From Archaeoglobus sp. (lineage in GTDB: Archaea > Halobacteriota > Archaeoglobi > Archaeoglobales > Archaeoglobaceae), in the NCBI GenBank assembly GCA_017656505.1, contig JACDNU010000005.1, positions 14,739-78,738 of the forward strand: a stretch of 64,000 nt of DNA, read 5' to 3'. Of this stretch, positions 22,165-31,770 are shown one piece after another. The position numbers were made by a program, and so were the translations under genes. Below the pieces are notes generated by a model, which did not search any database, was not told where the DNA came from, and saw only the letters and a program-made list of their open reading frames with translations. Position 1 is the stretch's first letter. Each line of letters opens with the position of its first letter.

Positions 22165-23402
22165 ATGAGGGCTGTTGTGGCGAATTTCAGCTTAACTAGG
22201 GCTGCGATAACTCTAATCCTGTCTAAAATATCCAAAAGTGCCTTTTACGGCCCATTTTCTATTTTATCCTACCATGCCGACTATCCAGAGCCCAAGCTGC
22301 TAAGCGAGGAGTGGGTTAAGGTTAAGACCTCTCTTTGCGGAATATGCGGTTCTGATTTGAGGTTGATAATGCTGGAAGAAAGCTTCTATCTCTATCCCCT
22401 CACATCATTTCCGCTTATACTCGGTCATGAGGTTGTTGGAAGGGTAGAAGAAGTAGGAAAGAAGGTTGATGGGATAGAGGAGGGTGAGAGAGTTGTAATC
22501 GATAATGTTCTTCCTTGTAAGGTTAGAGGGCTGGAAGGGGAAGAGGAGTGTCCTAGTTGTAAGGAAGGAAGATATTCGATCTGCTACAACTTCGATAGAG
22601 GAGCGATCTCGCCGGGAATCTTTACGGGTTTCTGCAGAGACACCGGTGGCGGGTGGAGTGATTATTTCGTTGCACATGAACACCAGCTGATAAAGGTGCC
22701 GGAAAACCTGAGCGATGAAAAGGCCGTTTTTGCGGAGCCGTTTGCAGTCTGCCTTCATGCGGTGCTGAAAGCCCATCCTAAAGAGGAAGACGTGGTTGCA
22801 ATTATCGGCTGTGGAATGATGGGTATAGGGATTGCAGCAGCTCTGAGGGCGTTGGGTTCAAAGGGGAAATTGTGGGCATAGATCTCAGCAAATTTCAGCT
22901 TGAAATGGCGAAGAAGTTTGGAGTGAGCAAAACGATTTGCTTAGGAGAGGGAGAAAAAGCAATCGAGGGGATAGCTGAGCTTACTGGGGGCAGGGTGTAC
23001 TCTCCACCCCGCGAGAAACCGATGTTCGTAGGGGGTGGAGCTGACATCGTTTTTGAGTGCGTTGGTAGATCGCAAACGGTGGACGACTCCTTGAGAATAG
23101 TAAAGCCTGGAGGGAAAGTGATTTTGTTGGGCACGGCTGGAAAGTTATCGGGAGTTGATTTTGCTCCGGTCTTCTCGAAGGAGGTTGAGATAAAAGGGGT
23201 CTTTGGATCCGAGGTGGAAAAAGTTGGAGAACAAAGAAAGAGAGCCTTTGAGCTGGCCATAGAGCTATTTCAGAAAGGCGTTGACTTCTCTCCCTTGCTG
23301 ACTCACAAGTTTCCTTTGGAGAGGTATAAGGAAGCTTTATGGGCTGCGATGAACAAGGATAAGTCTAAGGCAATTAAGGTTGCATTTTCTTTTGAAAGTT
23401 AG
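22165..23402 (+). pseudogene. Zn-dependent alcohol dehydrogenase (MDR family) interrupted by a -1 frameshift near 22855-22870
   Basis: ORF1 has CGICGSD, GHE and GCGMMG; ORF2 supplies the rest of the Rossmann fold; the -1 frame reads FKGEIVGIDLSK across the junction. Confidence 0.8.
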
Positions 23403-23661
23403 TTTGATTGCTTGGGAGCTTAATTTGATTGCTTGGAAGCCGAATTTGAATGATAAAATTGTTTAAAGCAATGTTAAATCAGTTCTATTTTTAAACACAA
23501 GATTTATGACGGATTGTTTAATAGCCTGTTAAATTTGTAAATTCGTTAAATTGTTAAAAATAGCCATACAGATTAGGGGGTGGGGTATCAAATAATGTAT
23601 CAAATAGTCCAATCAAATAATCCATCAACGTCCTTTACCGTGACTTTTGAATCTCTAACCC

Positions 23662-24510
23662 TTACCTCAATCCCTCCTCTAAAGACCTCAAAGCTTGAAG
23701 CAATTGTGTTTCCCATCTAACGTGCCTCTTGAAATGCTCGTTAGGATCCTTTGTCAGCGTGTACACCCAGTAAAGACCGAAAAAGCCCAGTGTAACAATG
23801 GAAAGCACGACATAAAGAACGGTGTTGCGATTCGGTACGCATGCACTATCATAAAAGAAATGGTTTTCGTCGACGAGAATCGAAGAAACCACGTCCAGAA
23901 AATGATCTTCCCTCCTTTCATGCCTCCAGAAATCTTTGTTTAGAAAATGATAGACGTAGAGGAGAAGTATCCCGCCCACGTATGGAACAAACTGGATCAG
24001 AGCCCAAAGGACGGCGTTCTTTTCCTCTTCCTCTGCCTCAATCTCATTCAGTAGCGATTCAAGCCTGTTAAGTTGGTTCAAAGTTCCATCCTCAGGTGAT
24101 TTAGCCCTCAAATAACCGATTATGGCTCTGAAAAGAAGTCTCTGTCTCTTGAAATGCTCGTTTCTTCTGGAAACCCACTTGTAAATCACGTAAATGTTCA
24201 AAGCAAGGCCAGCAAGCATAATAAAGAGTATTAACAGAATGGCAACAACTCCCAACTCATCAATAGCATCTGCCGAAGAGTGGGAATAGGGGTAGGTAGA
24301 ATAGGTAGAGTAGGATTGAGGGTAGCTTGAAGTGTACGAATAAGAGTCAAATGCGTTAATGTTCGATGAAGTGGCAATAAATACTAGGGTAAAGAATAAA
24401 ATACCAATTATGACCAGCAGAACGGGTATAAATGGTAGCCATACCGGCATAATGTAGTCTGTGAAGATTCTACGGTTCATGTATTCCTCAATCGTACCTA
24501 AATCTGTCAT
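23662..24510 (-). CDS. DUF4234-like membrane protein
   Basis: TM helices, repeated R..HFKR motifs, LSIVTLGFFGLYWVY. Confidence 0.65.
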   Translation of the reverse strand: MTDLGTIEEYMNRRIFTDYIMPVWLPFIPVLLVIIGILFFTLVFIATSSNINAFDSYSYTSSYPQSYSTYSTYPYSHSSADAIDELGVVAILLILFIMLAGLALNIYVIYKWVSRRNEHFKRQRLLFRAIIGYLRAKSPEDGTLNQLNRLESLLNEIEAEEEEKNAVLWALIQFVPYVGGILLLYVYHFLNKDFWRHERREDHFLDVVSSILVDENHFFYDSACVPNRNTVLYVVLSIVTLGFFGLYWVYTLTKDPNEHFKRHVRWETQLLQALRSLEEGLR

Positions 24511-24644
24511 GGGATAACTTCTTGATATATTTTTAAAAAACATTTTCATTTAGATGAGGATTATGGCTGGAAAAGTCAGCAATTGGTATGGATCTTGTAA
24601 ACCGTTACACTCAATCTTATTACTCAACTCATCACTTTATCGTC

Positions 24645-25760
24645 TCAATTTTTCGAAGCCTCTCTAAGCTTCTCCGCTGGTTTGTAGATCTCCGCTCCTC
24701 TTTCGCGATAAAGTCTCTCCAACAACTCTAAAATCGTATTGTAGCCGAGCATCTCCGCAACCTCGAAAACACCTAAAGGCGAACCCGTTGCCAATTTATA
24801 TGCCTCGTTTATTGTCTCTTTATCAGCTATCCCCTCTTCAAGCTCAAGAAAAGCCTCGTTCACGACAGCGGAGATTATGGGGGTTATATCGTATGGCCTT
24901 GCGTCTGGAATCATCGCTTTTCCCTCAACCCATTTATAGAACCCCTCTCCTGACTTCTTTCCAAGCTTGTTCCATTCAAGCATCCTTTCAAGGAAGAATG
25001 CCATTCCCTTTGGCGGCTCGAATTTCCTGCCATAACTCTCTTTGAAGCTATTGAGAACGTCTATCACAACATCTATGCCTATAAGGTCGAGAAGCTCGAA
25101 AAAGCCATAGGGTGAGCCTAATGCTTTTAAGGCGGCATCGATTTCTTCAGGACGAGCATGCATGAGTTCCCAAGCACCAGCCACTCCCGCCACGCCTAGA
25201 AATCTGTTGAATATATGCCCTCTACATTCTTTCTTGAGTAATACTGGTTCTTTCCCTATTTTTCTGGCAACCTCGATAGCTTTACCAATCGCATCCTCTG
25301 AGGCGAAATCTCCGGCTATCTCAACTATTTTCATCAGAATAGGAGGATTTGAGAAGTGGAATAGAACGAGCCTCTCAGGCTTTTTTAGGCCAGCAGCAAC
25401 CTCCGATGGTTTAAAGGATGACGTGTTTGTTGCAAGTACGCAATCATCACTTACCAAGCTCTCAATTTTTTTCATAACCTTTATTTTCAAATCAAGCTTT
25501 TCGGGTATGGCTTCGACGATAAAGTCGCAATCCCCAACATCTTCGAGATTCGTCGTGTACTTTATCTTTGAGATAATCTCATCTCTCCTTTTCAATCCCG
25601 CTTGCTCGATCTGTTCAAGATCCTCTCCCTCATGCCTTTTTCTTGCCTTTTCAAGCGCATCATCGTTAACATCAACCAAAACCACATCATAGCCTGCATT
25701 TGCAAACAGGGCAGCTATCGCAGCCCCCATAGTTCCGGCGCCAATAACTCCCGTTTTCAT
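24645..25760 (-). CDS. 3-hydroxyacyl-CoA dehydrogenase family protein
   Basis: GAGTMGAAIA, EAIPEKLDLK, ATNTSS, HFSNP, GKKSGEGFY, duplicated C-domain. Confidence 0.92.
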   Translation of the reverse strand: MKTGVIGAGTMGAAIAALFANAGYDVVLVDVNDDALEKARKRHEGEDLEQIEQAGLKRRDEIISKIKYTTNLEDVGDCDFIVEAIPEKLDLKIKVMKKIESLVSDDCVLATNTSSFKPSEVAAGLKKPERLVLFHFSNPPILMKIVEIAGDFASEDAIGKAIEVARKIGKEPVLLKKECRGHIFNRFLGVAGVAGAWELMHARPEEIDAALKALGSPYGFFELLDLIGIDVVIDVLNSFKESYGRKFEPPKGMAFFLERMLEWNKLGKKSGEGFYKWVEGKAMIPDARPYDITPIISAVVNEAFLELEEGIADKETINEAYKLATGSPLGVFEVAEMLGYNTILELLERLYRERGAEIYKPAEKLREASKN

Positions 25761-25921
25761 GCAAAACCTCCAGGGATTTGGTTCCACCGGTATCTACCAA
25801 CTATCTTCCTCAAAATTTTATAGTTTTTTGTTTCTTTTAAATTTGCCCTCATCCTTTATAATTTGGATTTAAAAATTAGAATTCAGAATCACTTCAGCGA
25901 TTAAATAGATAATGACTACTC

Positions 25922-26257
25922 TTACGCCCTAAAATCTTCCCCTTCACCTTTCCGAGATTCGCCCAGCTTGATAATCTCTTTTAACTTTTCAACCTCCTCG
26001 ATATACTTTGTGTAGCCCTTTTCGGTAATTTTCACGATTGTTCTAGGGCCCCTATGTGTTATTATCTTCTTTCTTTCGACGTAACCCTTGTCTTCGAGTC
26101 TTTTCAGGTGGGTGCTCAAACTACCCCATTGTATTCCGCTTGCTTTGGAGAGTTCAGCTTCCGCAAGCTGCCTTAAGGTAAAGAGAAGCGTCATGATAAC
26201 GAATCTTTTTGGATTTACTATGTCATCATCTAGGTCATTTAAGCCTGCCACCCTCAT
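25922..26257 (-). CDS. Winged-helix transcriptional regulator (ArsR/MarR-like)
   Basis: PKRFVIM...WGSLSTHLKRLEDKGYV...ITEKG. Confidence 0.8.
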   Translation of the reverse strand: MRVAGLNDLDDDIVNPKRFVIMTLLFTLRQLAEAELSKASGIQWGSLSTHLKRLEDKGYVERKKIITHRGPRTIVKITEKGYTKYIEEVEKLKEIIKLGESRKGEGEDFRA

Positions 26258-26294
26258 CCCTTTCTTGCCGATTTTTGCCTTTTCTACTATTTTC

Positions 26295-26912
26295 TTACTC
26301 TTGTATAACTTTTTGTGCTCCAAAGAATCCCCGAAGGGAAGCTGCAAGATAGATCGCAATCATCATCGAGATTGTGAGTAGGTTAGAGCCGAGAATAATT
26401 TGATCGTTAATTTCGAGGCGGGAAAGAGGAATTAGTACAATTGATGTGAGGAGCATCAGAGCGCCAGAGAAGGTTAGGTTTCTTACAACCAGCTGCGAAT
26501 TTCTCTCTACATAGATTCCCCATAGGAGTAGTCCGGCACCCAAAGATGGATACCAGATGATAGAGAAATAGAAAGCTCCGAGGATTAGTATTTGGGGTAG
26601 AAGGGCATAAGAGATAATGAAAGGTATAAACATTAGCAGCAGACCTAGGTGCCAGCGTTTTCTTATGCTTTTCTCTAAAGGAACAAACTTCTCAAATCTC
26701 CTGAAAAGAAGTCCACTGATAAATCCTGCCATAATCAGCATGGCAGAATTGATTGTCCAATCAGCAACTCCAACCAGCTGCATAGCTCCAGCGAAAAGCA
26801 GGGCTGAGCCGAAAACCATCCCAAACATCGCCCACATAAGAGAGGCTATTACGTTGTATCTGAACTTCTCCAGTTTTGTTGCAATGTCGGCCAGTCTTTC
26901 AGCATCTTCCAT
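26295..26912 (-). CDS. Hypothetical multi-pass membrane protein
   Basis: About six hydrophobic segments; upstream of the wHTH gene. Confidence 0.7.
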   Translation of the reverse strand: MEDAERLADIATKLEKFRYNVIASLMWAMFGMVFGSALLFAGAMQLVGVADWTINSAMLIMAGFISGLLFRRFEKFVPLEKSIRKRWHLGLLLMFIPFIISYALLPQILILGAFYFSIIWYPSLGAGLLLWGIYVERNSQLVVRNLTFSGALMLLTSIVLIPLSRLEINDQIILGSNLLTISMMIAIYLAASLRGFFGAQKVIQE

Positions 26913-27179
26913 GACGCCACATCAACTTTTTTGTTTAAAAATCGGTAACAAACTCTCAAATTAAGAGTGAGTTGGAATTCATTAGTGCTGCTTTGTTTTA
27001 GATTATCTATGACTTCTATGGTCTGGATATGCTTGATATTCATACTTGATATCCTACCTCTACATCCCATATCTAACGAGCGACGAAATGTAAATTATTG
27101 CGAGATGCAAAATACAAAAGCATGTAACCGAACACATGTAACCGAAAAATCTTAATTTTAGCTAACAAACAGAGGAGGC

Positions 27180-27713
27180 ATGGAAAAAAGCGGTGAAGAG
27201 CTTGCACTTAAAAAATTAGAAAGGCTATTGGAGAAATTGTTGAAGGAGTTGGAGTATCAGCTCATCAAAAATTATGAAATTAGGAAAATTGACCCCTCGG
27301 AACTTGAGCTTGACATAAGGACGAGATGGAAATGCATGTTTGGATGTGGCTATTATGGAAAGAGAAAATCGTGTCCGCCTTTCGTTCCTGAAATAGATGA
27401 GGCTGAGAAATTTCTGAAAAGTTACAGATCAGCATTCTTGTTCATGGTAAAATTTGAAAGTTATGATGAGTACATGGATTTAAAAAGGCAGATTCAGAAG
27501 TTTTTGGTTGAAATTGAGGGGAGACTCGTAAAAGACTATCCTATGGCCTTTACACTCTTCCCTGGGGGCTGTGATCTCTGCGATGAGTGCGAATTCCCGA
27601 ACTATGAAAAATGCCAGGCAAGACCTGCAGTCTCCTCGATGGGGATAAGGATCGCAGATTTGGGTGTTGAACTTGGTGATAAATGGCTTGTAAGCGTGAT
27701 TTTGCTGGAATAG
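27180..27713 (+). CDS. DUF2284 metal-binding protein
   Basis: RWKCMFGCGYYG..SCPP, GGCDLCDEC, RPAVSSMGI. Confidence 0.85.
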   Translation: MEKSGEELALKKLERLLEKLLKELEYQLIKNYEIRKIDPSELELDIRTRWKCMFGCGYYGKRKSCPPFVPEIDEAEKFLKSYRSAFLFMVKFESYDEYMDLKRQIQKFLVEIEGRLVKDYPMAFTLFPGGCDLCDECEFPNYEKCQARPAVSSMGIRIADLGVELGDKWLVSVILLE

Positions 27714-27854
27714 GCGAAAAATTTTAGAGATTTTGGGGTTTTGAGATTTTGAATAGGAATAAACAATCAAATGTTCAAACTTTTTTCATTCCTCTACAAA
27801 AACCACACAATCTTTTTAAAGCAAGCTGCTGCTAGTCTCTTGTCTGGTGATCTC

Positions 27855-28712
27855 ATGTTTGGGAAGATTCTCTTACCAACGGATTTTTCTGAATATTCCT
27901 GGAAGACGATGGAATGCGGCTTGGAATTGGCAGCAGTTGGAGCAAAAGAAGTTGTTCTCCTGCATGTTGTTGAAATCCCGGCCGAAATCCTCACTAGAGT
28001 TGGGTTGGCGGACTTTGAATCCATTGAAAATATAGAGGAGAGGATTACAGAGTCGGTGATTGATGAGCTAAAACAGCGAGCAAAGTTGTTTGAGGAGAAA
28101 AGCATCGCAACCAAAGAAATTGTTGTAGTTAGCGAGGGAAAGACATCAGATGCGATTCTCGAAACGGCGGAAAAAGAGAATGTCGACCTAATACTTATAG
28201 GGTCCAGAGGAACTGGCTGGCTTAGTAGAAAGTTGCTTGGAAGTGTCTCTGATGAAGTTCTTATACGATCTAGGAAGCCTGTCTTACTGGCTAAATTCAA
28301 GATTGTCGAAAAAGAGGGAGAGTATTACTTTAAAATGCCCCATTCAAGGCTTTTTGAAAGAATAGTCTATGCATGTGACCTCTCCACGATATGCATGGAG
28401 GTGGTCGAACAGGTTAGGCTTATGGCCTCGCAAACTAAGGGTGAGGTGATTTTGCTCTATGTCGAAGAGTTCGGGGAGGATCCTGGGGTGAAGGAGAGGA
28501 TTAAAACTTTAGAGAAAACTTTTGAGGGAATAAATTTCAGAAGCCTAATAGTTCAGGGAACTCCACGGAAGGAGATACTAAGGGTGTCGAAGGATGAAAA
28601 TGCATCGCTCCTCGTACTTTCTTCAAGCGGGAGGGGAGGATCGTTATTTGGTGGAACGGTAGATGCTGTAGCAAGAAGGGCGGAGATTCCCGTGCTTGTG
28701 CTGAAATCTTAG
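27855..28712 (+). CDS. Universal stress protein (tandem USP domains)
   Basis: KILLPTDFS, GSRG...LLGSVSDEV...PVL, second USP domain. Confidence 0.92.
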   Translation: MFGKILLPTDFSEYSWKTMECGLELAAVGAKEVVLLHVVEIPAEILTRVGLADFESIENIEERITESVIDELKQRAKLFEEKSIATKEIVVVSEGKTSDAILETAEKENVDLILIGSRGTGWLSRKLLGSVSDEVLIRSRKPVLLAKFKIVEKEGEYYFKMPHSRLFERIVYACDLSTICMEVVEQVRLMASQTKGEVILLYVEEFGEDPGVKERIKTLEKTFEGINFRSLIVQGTPRKEILRVSKDENASLLVLSSSGRGGSLFGGTVDAVARRAEIPVLVLKS

Positions 28713-28864
28713 TATTTAAAGTTGGGTTTGTTTTTGTTTTAGAGTGTAATTTCAGATTTCACGGCAGACATAGTATCAATGAGTTTGACGGTGAATTAGG
28801 TGAGTGAATTAAAGGATAAAAACAACGTGAAATTTTGAAATTCAGTATAAACAAGAGGGTGGCA

Positions 28865-29677
28865 ATGAAAGTAACTAGAAGGAAGTTCTTGACAGGAGCT
28901 TTTGCTGGTATCTCAGCGATCCTTTTATCGGACGCTTTATTATACGAGCCAAGAATTCTTATCTCTGTCGAGAAGCTCGAGGTATCTGGATCGGTGGAAG
29001 AACGATTTAGAATTGTTCAGATCAGCGACATCCACCTCGGTAATGTAACTCCAATATGGAATGCTCTTTCCGTTATAAAAAGGCTTAAGCCCGACGTGGT
29101 AGTTGTTACGGGGGACGTATTTAGCTCTCCAGAAAAGCTTGATGAGGGTGTTGAGCTGGTAGAAGAGTTATCGGATTTAGCACCAACTCTTATCGTATAT
29201 GGGAATTGGGATTACTGGTCTGGAGTTGATTTGGAGGAGTTTGAAGTTAGGGTTGGCAGTAATGCAAAAGATGCTAAAATTTTGAAGAACAGCTATGTGA
29301 TGATGAATAGAGTTTGTTTTGCCGGTGTTGACGATCCGTATACTGGCAGAGATGTTCTTGAAAAGGCCATCTCAATACGTGAAGGATTTAAAGGATTTAC
29401 TGTACTTCTTGCTCACTCTCCCCAGATAATCGGTAAAGCTGAGGGAAGGGTTGATCTTGTACTTTCGGGCCACACTCATGGTGGACAGGTGACCATTCCA
29501 GGAATAGGGCCGCTTTACGTTCCTTTACCGAAAGAATACCGAAAATACAAAAGCGGGCTTTATAAGGTTGGGAATACGCTCCTATATGTTAACAGAGGGA
29601 TTGGAACTAGTGTTTTTCCAGCAAGGTTTGCTTGTCCGCCGGAGGTAACTTTGATAAGTTTGCATCCGGGTGATTGA
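28865..29677 (+). CDS. Metallophosphoesterase (YkuE-like) with twin-arginine-like signal
   Basis: TRRKFL, SDIHLG, TGD, GNWD, SGHTHGGQ. Confidence 0.9.
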   Translation: MKVTRRKFLTGAFAGISAILLSDALLYEPRILISVEKLEVSGSVEERFRIVQISDIHLGNVTPIWNALSVIKRLKPDVVVVTGDVFSSPEKLDEGVELVEELSDLAPTLIVYGNWDYWSGVDLEEFEVRVGSNAKDAKILKNSYVMMNRVCFAGVDDPYTGRDVLEKAISIREGFKGFTVLLAHSPQIIGKAEGRVDLVLSGHTHGGQVTIPGIGPLYVPLPKEYRKYKSGLYKVGNTLLYVNRGIGTSVFPARFACPPEVTLISLHPGD

Positions 29678-29760
29678 TACTTTTGGCTGTTCCACTCCAA
29701 TTTGTATTTATGTGAAAAGATTTATTAGTGTTAAAAATTACAATTTTTGAAGGTGAGAAA

Positions 29761-30329
29761 ATGGGTGAAAAGCGGGAAGTTCAGTGGTACGAAATAGTAG
29801 ATAGCCCACCTACTGAACCTTTTGAGGCTTTGGTTGAAGTATATTTTCAAACAAAAGGTTACATTACCTCTTCAAATAAGTGGTTCTGGGTTCAAGAGAG
29901 AGGTAAAACGCAAAGGGGTTATAGAGACATCGATATTTTGGCTATTAACGGTGAGGAGACCCTTATCGTGTCGGTGACAACAAATCTTAAAGATAAAATA
30001 GGCAATCCAGAGAAACTGATTAGAGACTTTGAATAATGGAGAGTTATCTAGAAAGAGCATATAAGTGGCTTATTGAAGGAAGAAAAGTGAAGAGAGTGTT
30101 AGTGTATGCCCATGGATACAAGAAACCCAGTAAAAAATTTGAAGAACGAAGAAAAGAGATAGAAAGGGAGAGAATCAAGTTGATTGGCCCTCAAAGAGAA
30201 ATACTCAAGGCAATAGAAAATTGGGTGAGAGAGAAGCATCGTGAGCTTGGCAATCAAACAGAATCAATAGGCATTAAAACAAACAATCTAATCATCAAAA
30301 TGATTGAATTTTTGGAAAAAGGAAAGTAA
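29761..30329 (+). pseudogene. Restriction-endonuclease-like PD-(D/E)xK protein split into two ORFs (29761-30036, 30036-30329)
   Basis: FEALVEVYFQTKGY...RDIDILAINGEETLIV; the second ORF continues the fold; TAATG junction where one extra A would fuse them. Confidence 0.55.
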
Positions 30330-30376
30330 AGGGCAATAAACACCTTCTAAAAACACTAGGATACCATATTAATTTA

Positions 30377-30778
30377 TCAAAAACATAAAAATGCGGCCGC
30401 CGGGATTTGAACCCGGGTTAGAGGCTCGGGAAGCCCCTGTCCTGCCGCTAGACTACGACCGCTTGTGATGTTATTTTCTCCTTTATGAATATAATGGTTT
30501 CCCTTGAACAATTTCTCTCTTTCCAACCTCTCTATTCTCTCCTCAAGCAGTCTCAACCTCTTTTCAATATCCCCACTTGCCTTTTGTTGCACACTTGTTA
30601 TATCCAGATCCTCACTATCACTGAACACTACTCTTATCTCGTTCTCGCCCTCTTCAAATATGTATGCGTATTTCCCCATCTTGTCTTTTAACTTTACCGG
30701 TAGTCTTATTATTGCCAATTCCGCCCCCTTTCTTGGGCTTATCTTCCCAACCTTTACCCTTCCAATGTACCTTCCCAT
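30377..30778 (-). CDS. N-terminal fragment of split integrase (IntN), reading through the att site into the tRNA
   Basis: Encodes ITSGRSLAAGQGLP across att in the same frame as IntC at the other att; ATG 30778 (alternative TTG 30817). Confidence 0.85.
   Translation of the reverse strand: MGRYIGRVKVGKISPRKGAELAIIRLPVKLKDKMGKYAYIFEEGENEIRVVFSDSEDLDITSVQQKASGDIEKRLRLLEERIERLEREKLFKGNHYIHKGENNITSGRSLAAGQGLPEPLTRVQIPAAAFLCF
30392..30462 (-). tRNA. tRNA-Gly (CCC)
   Basis: GCGGTCGTAGTCTAGCGGCAGGACAGGGGCTTCCCGAGCCTCTAACCCGGGTTCAAATCCCGGCGGCCGCA folds as a cloverleaf; anticodon loop TTCCCGA; T-loop GTTCAAATC. Confidence 0.96.
30426..30469. repeat. att site, left copy (44 bp; 5' half of tRNA-Gly + 7 nt leader)
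   Basis: tcgggaagcccctgtcctgccgctagactacgaccgcttgtgat, identical to 39896-39939. Confidence 0.96.
30487..30503 (-). promoter_or_regulatory. Putative BRE/TATA promoter for the intact tRNA-Gly, located inside intN
   Basis: Minus strand gggaaacca-TTATATTC ends 24 nt before the mature tRNA 5' end. Confidence 0.45.
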
Positions 30779-30830
30779 AGTGTGCACTTGTTGTTCAACA
30801 TATTTAACTATTTCCAAAATCGATTACCCT

Positions 30831-31151
30831 CTACCTGCCCCTAAAAACAAGAAAACTACTCCCAATTAAAAGAACACCAGGAATAATCCACAATATGTGT
30901 GTTGTGATAAATCCACCTACTCCACCTAACAACATTAAAGCGCTAGCAGCCTTGTTGTTCTTGTCTACAATTATGCCACCAATAATACCTAGTATTCCAA
31001 ATATTACTGTTACAATGCCAAATAAAACAAGAAATAATCCACCCGGTGCAAAGATTATTGTACCTACCGCACCAATTAACAATGTAAAAAACCCAATTAA
31101 CACTCCAACAATTCCACCAACAATCCCCAATAATTTTTCAATTCTGCCCAT
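30831..31151 (-). CDS. Small Gly-rich membrane protein (DUF4064-like), paralog a
   Basis: Hydrophobic Gly-rich helices; aligns by eye with 31417-31740 (NNKAA..LML, WIIPG.LLI). Confidence 0.75.
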   Translation of the reverse strand: MGRIEKLLGIVGGIVGVLIGFFTLLIGAVGTIIFAPGGLFLVLFGIVTVIFGILGIIGGIIVDKNNKAASALMLLGGVGGFITTHILWIIPGVLLIGSSFLVFRGR

Positions 31152-31327
31152 GTCCCCAAATATTTTTTAAAGTTTTTTACTTGTCTTCTTACTCAACTAT
31201 CAAAGCTTTCCTTAACTCATTGTTATAATTTTCTACAACCTTACTTGTTTCAATCAATGAAAGTATCTCTTTCACTCTTATCTCATTTTTAACCTCAATT
31301 TCCTTCCCTAACCTACCCTTAAATTTC

Positions 31328-31353
31328 AATACCCCTTGGATCCACAGGCATTC
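31328..31353. repeat. 26-bp direct repeat, copy 1 (aataccccttggatccacaggcattc)
   Basis: Identical to 34482-34507. Confidence 0.9.
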
Positions 31354-31416
31354 AAATAATATCCCTTGTTCAATCGTGTTAAGATCTTCTCTTCAATACG
31401 TCCATTTTTATAAGAT

Positions 31417-31740
31417 TTATTTCGATCTGAACGCTAAAGCTCCACCCACAATCAGGAGAATGCCCGGTATTATCCAAAAAGCTGAGACCGCTATAAATCC
31501 CAATATCCCACTGATCAACATTAGAACACCCGCAGCCTTATTGTTTCTATTCGCAATCGCTCCACCAATGATCCCAATCACGCCTAAAATTACAGCTCCA
31601 AAGCCAAGACCTGTTACAGTTTCGGCACCATGTACTCCCAATACCGCTCCAAAACCCCCAACAAACATCGCAAATATACCAATAAGAATTCCGAAGATAC
31701 CACCTATCAATCCTAAAACTAATTCTGCTGTTCTTCCCAT
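31417..31740 (-). CDS. Small Gly-rich membrane protein (DUF4064-like), paralog b
   Basis: MGRTAELVLGLIGGIFG...; GGAGGT RBS. Confidence 0.78.
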   Translation of the reverse strand: MGRTAELVLGLIGGIFGILIGIFAMFVGGFGAVLGVHGAETVTGLGFGAVILGVIGIIGGAIANRNNKAAGVLMLISGILGFIAVSAFWIIPGILLIVGGALAFRSK

Positions 31741-31770
31741 ATTCAAACCTCCTTAAAAATAAAAATTAAA

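Noticed and set aside
31189..31405. Small frameshifted ORF spanning repeat copy 1 (MDVL/REDLNTIEQGILFECLWIQGVLK...)
   Set aside because: Needs a 1-bp correction, has no recognisable motif and no clear RBS; cannot be supported.
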